A DNA stretch of 61,747 nt, counting the filler. It is 4 parts of 4 records of this genome, joined end to end, with 100 filler letters (N's around TTAATTAATTAA, not from the genome) between each part and the next. Parts side by side here need not be neighbours in the genome. Positions count along the whole stretch, not along the records: positions 1 to 25,425 come from SRR31156797_21667; positions 25,526 to 49,295 come from SRR31156797_21678; 2 more parts are not named here. The stretch is one strand, 5' to 3'. Each line of letters begins with the position of its first letter. Positions within the stretch are counted from its first letter, which is position 1. A model generated the notes under the pieces. That model made no database searches. It saw only the letters and a list, made by a program, of their open reading frames with translations, and had not been told where the DNA came from. Shown here piece after piece: positions 18,234-27,917 of this stretch. The position numbers and the translations under genes are program-made.

Positions 18234-19136
18234 ATGAAAAAATATCTTATCTCCTGCCTGTTAATCTGCTGCCTTGCGCAACCCCTTTACGCGACATCAA
18301 ACACCCATTTTCCACGCCTGTTTACAAATGAAACAGACAAAAGCATGTTCCTGATCAGCCTGGAATACGACCAGCAGGAGAACACCTTTGAGGACCAGAC
18401 GGAAAGGGAAGTTGAAGAGGACAGTATCGGGGACAACCGCATTTATACAAAAACGCGGTCGTCCGTGAATACCTATGCCTATGCCGGCGTAAAGGTCGGT
18501 TTCAAGTACAAACGGCTGCCGCTCTTTTATCTTACGGCGGGCTATGCCGAGGCCGACGTGGATTTCACGTTTGAGGACACCCTTACGGATAACAAATTTA
18601 CCTATAACATCGACACCACCTTTAAAAGCGATTATTTCCCGGTCTATGGCGGAGGCATCAGCGCCCAGCCGTTTAAAAAAGAAATATTTGAAAACCATAA
18701 CCTGCATATCGGCCTTGATTTGAGATACAGGTATTTTGATTTTGACGCCAAGAAAAGAGCCGGTTCGGAAGATACGGAATGGTACGATATGACCTATGAG
18801 TCCGAACTCCATGAAGTCCAGCTGACCCTGGTGGGGGCTGTTGACGGTTTTTCATGGAGCCCCTTTTCCGGCCTGAACCTTTCATTCACACCCTACGCCG
18901 GGGCCAAGGTGTCCCATTTTTTCGCAGATGAAATTTTTACTGACAGCGGCAACGTTATCAGCGGATACGGATTTCTAAATGACCCCATTTATTACAAGGA
19001 GGAGATCGAGGTGTCAAACCACATCTCTTTTTTTGGAGGGGTCGGTATTGAAATGACAAAGAACATCATTCTTGGACTTGAGATTCGAACTGGAGATGAA
19101 GATGGTTATGCATGCAATGTATCGTTCAAATTTTGA
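18234..19136 (+). CDS. Predicted outer-membrane beta-barrel protein of unknown family
   Basis: Signal peptide, alternating aromatic strands, terminal NVSFKF beta-signal. Confidence 0.65.
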   Translation: MKKYLISCLLICCLAQPLYATSNTHFPRLFTNETDKSMFLISLEYDQQENTFEDQTEREVEEDSIGDNRIYTKTRSSVNTYAYAGVKVGFKYKRLPLFYLTAGYAEADVDFTFEDTLTDNKFTYNIDTTFKSDYFPVYGGGISAQPFKKEIFENHNLHIGLDLRYRYFDFDAKKRAGSEDTEWYDMTYESELHEVQLTLVGAVDGFSWSPFSGLNLSFTPYAGAKVSHFFADEIFTDSGNVISGYGFLNDPIYYKEEIEVSNHISFFGGVGIEMTKNIILGLEIRTGDEDGYACNVSFKF

Positions 19137-21300
19137 CCCGGAGTTCCTTGGAAAAATCATCAACCCGATTGCCCTTTTTACGCTGGTCTTTTTTCTTGCC
19201 ATCCCCTGTCTGGCGGAAGAAACCCTCAGAAGCATCACTTTTCAGAACGGATGGCCGGAAGTGCCCCGGAGAAATATTACTTCCGACGCGGACGGAAACC
19301 TTCTTTTCTATACGATCGGGGATACTCTCGTGATTCTCGATGGCGCCGCCCTGACGGAAAAATCCCGCATTCTGTTAAAGACCAAAAAAGGAATCACCGG
19401 TATTGTCTATGACAGCGGAAACCAAATGGTTTACGCCTCCTGCGGCAGCGGCGGACTCCAGGTTATCGATGTGGCCGATCCCATGGCTCCCCAATTGATG
19501 GGAGAGCTTCTCAAGGATCACAAGGCCAATAACATTTACGGGTCAGCCGTTGATTACCTGGATAACCGGGTTTATCTGGCGGATTTTTATTTCGGTCTTC
19601 GGATAATCGATGTGAGCAACCCCTCCAATCCCAATCAGTCGGGATACCACGAGGAGTTCTCCGAATACGCGGACGAAGATAATTCATTCTCAGGAGGCCA
19701 CCTCAATGTCAAGGTGGTTGTTCTCAATGATACCAAATACGCGTTTGTCCTGGATTATTACTATGGTTTGAGAGTTTTTGACGTTACCGTGGGTACCAAA
19801 CCGGTCCTGGTGGACAGGATAGACATGAGAACCTCCCAGTACTATGGCCAGGTTTCCCTGGTGAAGGATTTTGCCGTTGACAGCAATTATGTCTACATTT
19901 CCGATGCGACCTACGGCCTGACCATCCTGTCCATTTTTTCCGATGCCGCAAATCCCCTGACCGTCAATCTTGCCAAGGCCGGTCAGATCGTTACCCCCGG
20001 CGCCGCCTCCTCTGTTTCTCTGTATAATAACATGGTGTATGTGGCTGACGGTTTGAAAGGTCTTTATGTTGTGGATGTCTGGGACAGGACCGACCCGGTC
20101 CATGCCGGGACCTACGAGACGAGCGGGGTCTACGGCGTACATGCTGCCGGCGGGAGAATTTTCGTGTCGGATACCACGGACGGGCTTGTCACTGTCGCCA
20201 AGACAGGCACCTTTGTCTATTCGAAAACCGGGTCCTACGAGCCCCCCTGTGATGCGGATGCCGTCTTTGTAAATGACAGCTATGCCTATATTCTGGACAA
20301 TGACGATTCAAAGGAGGGGCTGCGCATCATCGATCTTACAACTGAAGGAGAGTACCAGCTGTTTGGACGGGTTTTGACTCCCGGCGAGGCCAATGAACTG
20401 TTTGTACAGGGATCCCATGCCTATATCGCCGACGGATCGGCCGGTGTCTCTGTTGTCGACATCAGTGACAAAAGCGTGCCTGTCCTGATTGACGAAGATG
20501 GGTTGAATGATGAAGACGGGTTTAAGGGGGAAGCACCCGAGGGGGCGGTTTCGGAGATTTCATCGGTTTCTGATATCACCCTGCGGGTCAAAAATGAAGA
20601 GAAGTTTGTCTATTTTACCGATACCAACCGGGGACTTTTCATTGCAGGGGCCGATGACCAGGAGCGCTTGTTTCATAAGGGCAGCATATACATCGAAAAT
20701 GCCGGGGCCGTTGCCCTGTATCAACACAGGGGAAATTCCGAAGAAGAGAAACTGTACGCCCTGGTTGTCAACGGTACAGGGCTTGTGGTGGTTGATGTCA
20801 CAGACCCCCTGAACCCCTCCGGGCCGGTTTCCTCATTTGAGACCCCTGGTGATGCCCTGGATATCGGTGTCAAGGATAACTTTGCCGTTGTGGCGGATGG
20901 AGACGGGGGCATTGTTCTCATCGACCTTTCCGATCCCGCGAAACCTGAAGGGGTGACCACTTATGCCACGGAGGGAACGGCTGAGGCGGTTTCCATCTTC
21001 CAATCCTACATTCACGCGGCAGTCGGTACCAATGGCCTGCGGATATTGGGCATTGACGAAACCGTGCCTGCCACTATCTCAGAGATCACAGACGTCAACA
21101 CACCCGGTTACGCCTCATCCGTTTTTGTGGCCGGCAACGATACGGCCCGGCTTACCTATGTCGGGGACGGCAAGGGAGGCTTGCTCTCTTTTCTCCACAG
21201 CGACAGCTATACCGACGGAATAGATGAAAAACCCTTTACGGACGACACCCACGACACCGGTTGGGACCGGATAGACTGTTTTATTTCAACCCTTTTTTAA
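19102..21300 (+). CDS. LVIVD-repeat beta-propeller surface protein with C-terminal CFISTLF
   Basis: Many GL.[IV][IV]D[VI]S[DN]P repeats; signal peptide; acidic linker then C-F-I-S-T-L-F-stop; exact start uncertain. Confidence 0.8.
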   Translation: MVMHAMYRSNFDPEFLGKIINPIALFTLVFFLAIPCLAEETLRSITFQNGWPEVPRRNITSDADGNLLFYTIGDTLVILDGAALTEKSRILLKTKKGITGIVYDSGNQMVYASCGSGGLQVIDVADPMAPQLMGELLKDHKANNIYGSAVDYLDNRVYLADFYFGLRIIDVSNPSNPNQSGYHEEFSEYADEDNSFSGGHLNVKVVVLNDTKYAFVLDYYYGLRVFDVTVGTKPVLVDRIDMRTSQYYGQVSLVKDFAVDSNYVYISDATYGLTILSIFSDAANPLTVNLAKAGQIVTPGAASSVSLYNNMVYVADGLKGLYVVDVWDRTDPVHAGTYETSGVYGVHAAGGRIFVSDTTDGLVTVAKTGTFVYSKTGSYEPPCDADAVFVNDSYAYILDNDDSKEGLRIIDLTTEGEYQLFGRVLTPGEANELFVQGSHAYIADGSAGVSVVDISDKSVPVLIDEDGLNDEDGFKGEAPEGAVSEISSVSDITLRVKNEEKFVYFTDTNRGLFIAGADDQERLFHKGSIYIENAGAVALYQHRGNSEEEKLYALVVNGTGLVVVDVTDPLNPSGPVSSFETPGDALDIGVKDNFAVVADGDGGIVLIDLSDPAKPEGVTTYATEGTAEAVSIFQSYIHAAVGTNGLRILGIDETVPATISEITDVNTPGYASSVFVAGNDTARLTYVGDGKGGLLSFLHSDSYTDGIDEKPFTDDTHDTGWDRIDCFISTLF

Positions 21301-21312
21301 AGGCCTTGGTTT

Positions 21313-23319
21313 ATGAGAATCTTCGTTCTTCTGGTTTTGGTTTGCATGGTCGCCTCCCCCGGGTGGGGAGCGTCCATGTCCATTAAAGCATCGGACCGGT
21401 ACATCCTGGCAGGGGAAGAGGTGGAGTTCACGCTCACCTATAAAGCAGATCAAATTCCAGAAGGCGGAGATGGGAGCAACCTGCCCGATCGATTAATCGT
21501 AAGTCTTGAAATCGACCTGGACCAAAGGCACGTCCATACCGAAGAGTTTCCCATTGAGCCGGGCGAAACAATTGAGCTCAAATATTCTTATACCTTTGGA
21601 ACGTCCGGGTACTATGATGCCGAGGCAACATTCAAGTGGATGTACGTTAACGAATACGGGCAGGAAACCTTTGACAGGAAAAAATTGAAACCGGTAACCA
21701 TCGGAGTCGCCAACTGGGTGTTTACAGCCGACGGTACCCTTGGCTGCATCGAATCCACCCCCCTGGTAAGTATAGACAATACAACATTGTACGTCGGCTC
21801 TGAAGACCATTTCCTCTATGCCCTGAATATCACGGATGGAACGGAAAAATGGCGGTTTACCACCAATGGGGCCATCAATTCCACACCGGCCCTGGACAGT
21901 GGGGGAAACATCTATTTCGGATCTGACGACGGCTTTGTCTATTGCCTGAAGGATTTGGGTGAAACATACGAGGAAGTATGGAAACAATCGGTAAATGGGC
22001 ATGTCTACTCTTCTCCGGCCCTTGATGAGGCGGCGCGGCTGCTATATATCGGCTCCACGGACGCCCATCTCTACGCCCTGAAGCTGAATGACAAGGGCAA
22101 AGAGGCCTGGCGTGTCAAGACCAGGGGGAAAATCACCTCCTCTCCGGTAATCGGAGCCGATGGCACCGTCTATGTGGGCTCCCTGGATAATCACCTTTAT
22201 GCGGTGTATCCGGAGGATCTGAACGACGAATCGAAAAACTGGCGGTTTGACGCCCAATCACAGATTGTCGGTTCTCCCGCACTGGACAAGGACGGAACCA
22301 TCTTTTTCGGAACAACCGCCTTTGAAGGAGGGATAAACGACAAGAACGGTTTTTATGCCCTGTCCTCCAACGGAAATAAGAAATGGTTCATTCAGCATAA
22401 CAGCGGTTTTTACTCCACTCCGGTCATCGGAGCGGACGGAACCATTTGTATCGGCTCGTTCAACAACATGCTGTACGGCATTGACAGAAAGGGCGGGGGC
22501 CTTTCCATGTTCAAAAAATTCTCCGACGACCTCGCCGCTTCGGTGGCGGTAGGAACCAATGATCATATATTCTGCGGAAGCAAGGAAGGGATTGTCTACG
22601 GGCTGGACCTGATGAACGGCAATTCCTATAAAGGCCGGAATGAATTCTGGAACTACGATGTGCAAACGCCGATTACAACTTCTTCCCCCGTCTTACATAA
22701 CGGACATATCTATTTTGGAACCTGCGGGTATGACCATGGTTCCATCTTTTCCCTGGCCGCCTCAAAGAGGAGTGGAAACCAAAGCCAAATTGGTGTGGAA
22801 ATCGAAGAGGAATCTCCTTGGCCTCTTTTCAGGGCCAATTCCCGGAACACCGGGAAAACGAAGTACACCCGGGAAACTATTGCTCCGGCTGTTGTTTCCG
22901 TGGATCCGCCCCCTGGGGAAACCCATTTTGATCTGTCGAGAAGAACCATCACGGTCACCTTTTCCCGCCCCATGAACCCGGAAAGCATCTACAAACCGGC
23001 GATGGATACCAAGGAGGGATATTACGGCCTGACCCTGGAACCCTTTGATTCAGGACCGGAAGAATTCGATATCAATCTGGATGACCCTTACAAATGTGTA
23101 TTGACATTGCCGGAAAACGAATCCTTTAAACCTTACATCACCTATACCGCCACGCTTCTTTCCAAAGCGAAATCCGAAGATCAAAATAGTTTTACGGACA
23201 ATGCCATACTGTATAACTACACCTGGTCTTTTTCCGCCATGGAAGAAGAAGAGGTAAGCTATGATCACAGCCCTTCATCGCCATGCTTCATTTCTCAACT
23301 TTTTGGAAAAGGAAAATAG
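21313..23319 (+). CDS. PQQ-binding-like beta-propeller plus Ig-like (Big_5-type) protein with C-terminal CFISQLF
   Basis: Repeats SSP.[IL]..DG.[IV]Y.GS.D..LYA; WPLFRANSRNTG; APAVVSVDP...ITVTFSRPMNPES...YTWSF; ends CFISQLFGKGK. Confidence 0.8.
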   Translation: MRIFVLLVLVCMVASPGWGASMSIKASDRYILAGEEVEFTLTYKADQIPEGGDGSNLPDRLIVSLEIDLDQRHVHTEEFPIEPGETIELKYSYTFGTSGYYDAEATFKWMYVNEYGQETFDRKKLKPVTIGVANWVFTADGTLGCIESTPLVSIDNTTLYVGSEDHFLYALNITDGTEKWRFTTNGAINSTPALDSGGNIYFGSDDGFVYCLKDLGETYEEVWKQSVNGHVYSSPALDEAARLLYIGSTDAHLYALKLNDKGKEAWRVKTRGKITSSPVIGADGTVYVGSLDNHLYAVYPEDLNDESKNWRFDAQSQIVGSPALDKDGTIFFGTTAFEGGINDKNGFYALSSNGNKKWFIQHNSGFYSTPVIGADGTICIGSFNNMLYGIDRKGGGLSMFKKFSDDLAASVAVGTNDHIFCGSKEGIVYGLDLMNGNSYKGRNEFWNYDVQTPITTSSPVLHNGHIYFGTCGYDHGSIFSLAASKRSGNQSQIGVEIEEESPWPLFRANSRNTGKTKYTRETIAPAVVSVDPPPGETHFDLSRRTITVTFSRPMNPESIYKPAMDTKEGYYGLTLEPFDSGPEEFDINLDDPYKCVLTLPENESFKPYITYTATLLSKAKSEDQNSFTDNAILYNYTWSFSAMEEEEVSYDHSPSSPCFISQLFGKGK

Positions 23320-23336
23320 GGAGGATTACATTGACA

Positions 23337-25425
23337 ATGTTTGTTCCGAAAAAAAGAGATTTCCTGCTGGTATTGATCCTTTTTTTATCGCTTATCCTGG
23401 GGTGCAACGGTGGTGACGGCGGAAGCAATCATACCCCCTCTGACGTTGGGCCGGAACCGAGCACCGATACCTTGACCGTAAGAACATTTGAGTACACCCC
23501 CTCATACAAGACCGTTCTGCTTGAGCCGTCGGATTTTAAACATCTTCAGATGACAACTTCAGGATCCCGGATCATTGTGCTTCCCACTTCGCGATTGTAT
23601 AACACCATTGAAAAGTGGGACATCCTCATGGCAGGTATTTCCGATCATTTTCCCCTGGGACTTTTCGGCTGTGTCTATTCCATTGTTGTGTCACAGGATT
23701 CAATGGAATTGTCACTGGAAGGTCCACCTCTTGAAAACGCGTTCAAGTTTTTAAAAATGGATCTGGATAAAACCGTTACCCTGTCCGACACCATTCAAAA
23801 ACAGGTCTATCAGGGCGTTGATATCCAGGACAGGGACGGCAAATTTTATCTTACCCTGGACGCCGTGATCTATGATCATGACAAGGACCCGGACACACTC
23901 GGAGATCAGGTCAGGGTAAAGGGAACCATCGAGTTTGAGCTGGTATTTCAACTTTACGTGGATATCAACCTCTGGACAATTCAATCTGTGTCCTTCAAGC
24001 CCGTGCTGAAAGAGACAGCCCGGCTCACTTTCTTGTCCGACCTTGCCCATGAAGTGGATGAAACAATGGTGCTGGCTGAACTCCAGACAAAGCCTTTTTC
24101 CCTGGGCCCCCTTGTGCTGGCGCCGGAATTCAAGCTGTTGCTGGACACCAAGGGTAAATTAAGCACCCAGGCACAGGCAGGGATGGACTGGACACATATT
24201 TATGAACAGGAACTTTCCTATGACGGGGCAAACCTTGTTAATCACTGGAATGACAGTGAAGAACCCGATATTTCCTTTCACACCTCGAATTTTAAGGCAG
24301 CTGTTGATTTTAAGACGGAATTCACATCTGAATTTGACTTCAGGATATTTGGGATTTCTATTATCCCAAGCAAAAATAAGAAGCTTTTCAATTTCCTTGG
24401 AACCATAAAAACAGACAGCGACCGTATCTGTATGGAGCAGGTGTCCGGGGTTGAAACTTCCAGCCAGGTAACACTGAATTTCTTCTGTGGCCACAATCTT
24501 GATGCCGAGGATCTGGCTTTTTCACATACGAGTGAAATCAAGACCTCTGACGAAACCTGTTCGTACCTTATGGAATACCATCCAGTTGCCAGGGCAGGGA
24601 AGGATCGAAGTCTCTTAGAAGGAAGTGAGGTTATCCTTGACGGGAGCGAATCCTATGATCTGACTAACCCCTATGATCTGGATGACGACATTCTTTCATA
24701 CGAGTGGAAACAGACCAACCGGAATAATGAGTCCGGGCCCATTGTTGAGTTGACCAATATTACTCCGGCAGTTGCGTCGTTCAACGCGCCCGTGGTGAAC
24801 GCCAAGGGCCAGGTGCTCACCTTTGACCTCGAGGTCACCGATTACAGCGGTAACGTGGATCGGGATACCGTGAATATCACCATAAAGGACAAGGATGGAT
24901 TACCTGAGATAAAGGGAAGCCTTTCAGGAAAAGCCGTGGATTATGCAACAGGTGAACCTTTATCGGATGTGTCTGTTGAAGTGTTTGAAAAGAGAACCGA
25001 AATGCCCGTGGAAGAATCCATTGGATTTACCACCACGGACAGCAAGGGTAAGTTCCTGATAGACACACTTTCTCCGAACTGCAGGGTCGCTTTCAGCAAA
25101 AACGGACATATTCCGGTCAGTCTGGATGGAATTACCATCCGGTCCGAAACGGATACAGAGCTGGGAAAGATCATAATGCTGGATGATTCCCACTCCGGGC
25201 GGGGCGAGATATCCATCTCTCTGATCGATGCGATTTCAGGTGAAGAGATCCCCCAGGCAAATATCTCTTTGAAACAATATACGGATGGGAAAAACATCGA
25301 TACGGCGACCACGGATTCGGAAGGACGGTGCACCTTTAAAAAACGCTGGGCAGACGCTTATTTTGCCACAGCCAAAGGGAATGGTTATAAAACAACGACT
25401 TTCAGGGTTGCCGCCTATGAAGATG
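23337..25425 (+). CDS. Large lipoprotein with PKD-like and carboxypeptidase-regulatory-like domains (3' truncated at contig end)
   Basis: Lipobox LILGC then a Gly/Ser linker; PVARAGKD...LDGSESYD...YEWKQ; D..[TS]GE[PE][LI] repeats; runs into the linker. Confidence 0.7.
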
Positions 25426-25525
25426 NNNNNNNNNNNNNNNNNNNNNNNNNNNNNNNNNNNNNNNNNNNNTTAATTAATTAANNNNNNNNNNNNNNNNNNN
25501 NNNNNNNNNNNNNNNNNNNNNNNNN
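25426..25525. other. Artificial contig linker
   Basis: N44-TTAATTAATTAA-N44, stops in all six frames. Confidence 0.98.
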
Positions 25526-25554
25526 CCTTTTCCGTAGATTGCTACTTTTCTCAT
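25526..25554 (-). CDS. nifH: Nitrogenase iron protein, first 9-10 codons only (cut by contig edge)
   Basis: Minus strand reads ATG AGA AAA GTA GCA ATC TAC GGA AAA GG = MRKVAIYGKG; GGAGG RBS at 25560-25564; perfect sigma-54 promoter upstream; divergent nifV. Confidence 0.85.
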
Positions 25555-25604
25555 TTTTTCCTCCATGTGGTTTGGATTGTTTTCGTTGTTGCTGATTCTC
25601 TTAA

Positions 25605-25621
25605 GGCAATCCACGTGCCAA
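25605..25621 (-). promoter_or_regulatory. Sigma-54 (-24/-12) promoter for nifH
   Basis: TTGGCACGTGGATTGCC, a perfect TGGCACG-N4-TTGC. Confidence 0.88.
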
Positions 25622-25694
25622 AACGGTGTTGTTGGTGTATGGCCTTGAAATATAACGATTAGTTTCGAAGAGAGGAGGGTTTTGTTTACATACG

Positions 25695-25749
25695 AAAAAT
25701 GTAGATTGCTACGAATAGTCTGTACAAAATTGTAGGAAACTACATTTTT
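25695..25749. promoter_or_regulatory. Palindromic upstream activator sites between the divergent sigma-54 promoters
   Basis: TGTAGATTGCTACG (25700-25713) and TGTAGGAAACTACA (25731-25744); outer inverted repeat AAAAATGTAG / CTACATTTTT. Confidence 0.6.
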
Positions 25750-25821
25750 GAATGTTGTGTCAGAGGTAGTAAGATAGATAGGATGTTATATAAATTAAGG
25801 TGGATAGGAGACTGTAATGTT

Positions 25822-25838
25822 TTGGCACCAATAATGCT
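25822..25838 (+). promoter_or_regulatory. Sigma-54 promoter for nifV
   Basis: TTGGCACCAATAATGCT with GG-N10-GC spacing. Confidence 0.72.
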
Positions 25839-25878
25839 TTGCGTGTTCTGTAAACTTAAATCCTTCTGGAGCATTACT

Positions 25879-26985
25879 ATGTTGATCGATACCACCCTGC
25901 GTGAAGGCGCACAGTTGTTCGGGGCCTATTTTAATTTGGAAATCCGCAAGCGCATCGCATCCTTTCTCATTTCCATGGGAGTTGATGAGATAGAGCTGGG
26001 CTGGGTCGGACAAGATGATCTCGCGCTTTTTGCCGCCTATGCCGGAACTCTTGGCGGGGATACAGCCTTAAGCGTCTGGTCTCCCTGCCGTGAGAAGGAT
26101 ATTGAGATTGCGGCGGAACTGGGGTTGAAGCGTATTAATATTGGAGTCCCGGTTTCAGACCTGCATATTGAGAAGCGTTTGGATTCGGATCGTCAGGATA
26201 TTTTGCGTAAGCTTGCTTCCGCTGTGCGCAGGGCAAAGGAATGCGGATTTGAATATATTTCTGTGGGCCTTGAGGATATCTCCCGTGCGGATAATGATTT
26301 TGCCCTTTCCATGGCTCTGCATGCCGAGATTTGTGGAGCTTCGCGGGTCCGCCTTGCGGATTCTCTTGGGCAACTGACCCCTCTTGCCATGGGAAAGCTG
26401 GTCAAAAAATTCAGGGAGAGGGTCAATATTGATATTGCCGTGCATTGTCATGATGATTTCGGCATGGCTACGGCTAATTCCTTTACCGCCCTTGAAGCCG
26501 GGGCCGATTACGCGGATTGTTCCATCCTCGGTATTGGCGAAAGGTCCGGTATTGCTTCCACTGAAGAATTGGTGGCTCGACTGACTCTTCGTGAAGGCAA
26601 TGCCCGTTACTCTACCTCCGTGCTCAAAGAGTCTTGCATGCTGGTTAGTGCGGCCGCCAAGGTTGCCATCCCTCGCACTAAGGCTGTGGTCGGGACAGAT
26701 ATATTTGCCTGCGAATCCGGGTTGCACACCCATGCCCTCAGCAAATCTCCAGAACTTTTCGAGCCTTACGATCCTGAATCCGTGGGCACGACTCGCAAAA
26801 CGGCCGTGGGCGGCAAGAGCGGGCGGGCCGCAGTGCGTAACGCCCTTGATGAATACGGTATTGATTGCGGCACAGATTCCCTTTCCACCCTCACCGAGGC
26901 TGTACGCCAGCTTTCCCTGCGCCTTGAGAGGCCACTGACCCGTAGTGAATTTATTAAGCTTAATGACGAGGAGGTCTATTCATGA
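25879..26985 (+). CDS. nifV: Homocitrate synthase (DRE-TIM family)
   Basis: IDTTLREGAQ, HCHDDFGMATAN, GIGERSG, ESGLH, GGKSG; no LeuA regulatory domain; next to nifH with a sigma-54 promoter. Confidence 0.8.
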   Translation: MLIDTTLREGAQLFGAYFNLEIRKRIASFLISMGVDEIELGWVGQDDLALFAAYAGTLGGDTALSVWSPCREKDIEIAAELGLKRINIGVPVSDLHIEKRLDSDRQDILRKLASAVRRAKECGFEYISVGLEDISRADNDFALSMALHAEICGASRVRLADSLGQLTPLAMGKLVKKFRERVNIDIAVHCHDDFGMATANSFTALEAGADYADCSILGIGERSGIASTEELVARLTLREGNARYSTSVLKESCMLVSAAAKVAIPRTKAVVGTDIFACESGLHTHALSKSPELFEPYDPESVGTTRKTAVGGKSGRAAVRNALDEYGIDCGTDSLSTLTEAVRQLSLRLERPLTRSEFIKLNDEEVYS

Positions 26986-27848
26986 ATACCATGAGACGTG
27001 TCTATTCTACTGAAGCCGGTGAACTGGTGGCTCAGCATTCCACTGATGACTTGCGTCGCAAGACCTTGCAGCCGGTGCAGACCTACACCAACGGCAAAGT
27101 TAAATCCCTGCCTTTGGAAATACGTACTCCTGTATTCACCCCGGTGGGAATTATCGAGGCGGAGATGGTCACTTTTTATGAATCAGGAAGGCTGAAGCGG
27201 GTTTTCCCACTCAATGGAAAACTATCCGGTTATTGGACACAGGAAGATGAGGGGCGGCTTGCTGAGCCGTTAACTTTTGATACTCCTGTTGGTCCTCTTA
27301 GCGCAAAGATGATCAGCCTCTGTTTTTATGAGCACGGAGTGTTGCGGTCCATGACTCTTTGGCCCGGAGAAGAGCTGACCGTGCAAACTCCGGTAGGAGC
27401 AATGAAGATTCGTATTGGCATAAGTTTCAGTCCGGGGGGGCGCATCCGTTCCATTGAGCCAGCGGAACCTACTCCGCTGCATACCCGCATCGGCATGATT
27501 ACCGCATATGATTCTGATGCCGTAGGCATCAATGGCGATTTGAATTCACTTATCTTTGATAGCGAAGGGCAGGTGGCATCTCTAAGTACAACTTTAAATA
27601 TTGTAACTGCCCGCCATTATTCAGGGGCGGAATTTATTTTTATGCCTGAGTGCCGGGAATCTTTGTGTTCGGAAAGTGAGCGGGAGATAGTACCTATGCG
27701 AATGCTTTTTGATGATCAGGGAGTTGAAATTAGTATTACACCGGATTCAGAACCGTCTTATGTTGATTTTGCGGAATATGAAGTCAGCACGGCGCCGTTT
27801 TTACCGCAGCTGGATAATTTGTCCACAGGAATGTTATGTTCTGTTTGA
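26982..27848 (+). CDS. Hypothetical protein coupled to nifV, with internal repeats
   Basis: ATGA overlap with nifV; repeated T-P-V-G...F-Y-E-x-G-x-L units. Confidence 0.6.
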   Translation: MNTMRRVYSTEAGELVAQHSTDDLRRKTLQPVQTYTNGKVKSLPLEIRTPVFTPVGIIEAEMVTFYESGRLKRVFPLNGKLSGYWTQEDEGRLAEPLTFDTPVGPLSAKMISLCFYEHGVLRSMTLWPGEELTVQTPVGAMKIRIGISFSPGGRIRSIEPAEPTPLHTRIGMITAYDSDAVGINGDLNSLIFDSEGQVASLSTTLNIVTARHYSGAEFIFMPECRESLCSESEREIVPMRMLFDDQGVEISITPDSEPSYVDFAEYEVSTAPFLPQLDNLSTGMLCSV

Positions 27849-27917
27849 AGGTAAGTAGTTGTCCGCAAATGGTCTGAAATAGAGTGTTAGCGAGTTGTGA
27901 GGCTTTCTTGGTTCAAA

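Noticed and set aside
25470-25481. TTAATTAATTAA inside N runs (also in the other two gaps) as a biological repeat
   Set aside because: Identical 100-bp six-frame-stop linkers added during contig concatenation.
25534-25545. Third GTAGATTGCTAC copy, identical to 25701-25712
   Set aside because: It lies inside nifH codons V-A-I-Y, so protein constraint can explain it; not counted as an enhancer site.
25879-26985. leuA or cimA instead of nifV
   Set aside because: It is short, lacks the regulatory domain, has a sigma-54 promoter and is divergent from nifH.
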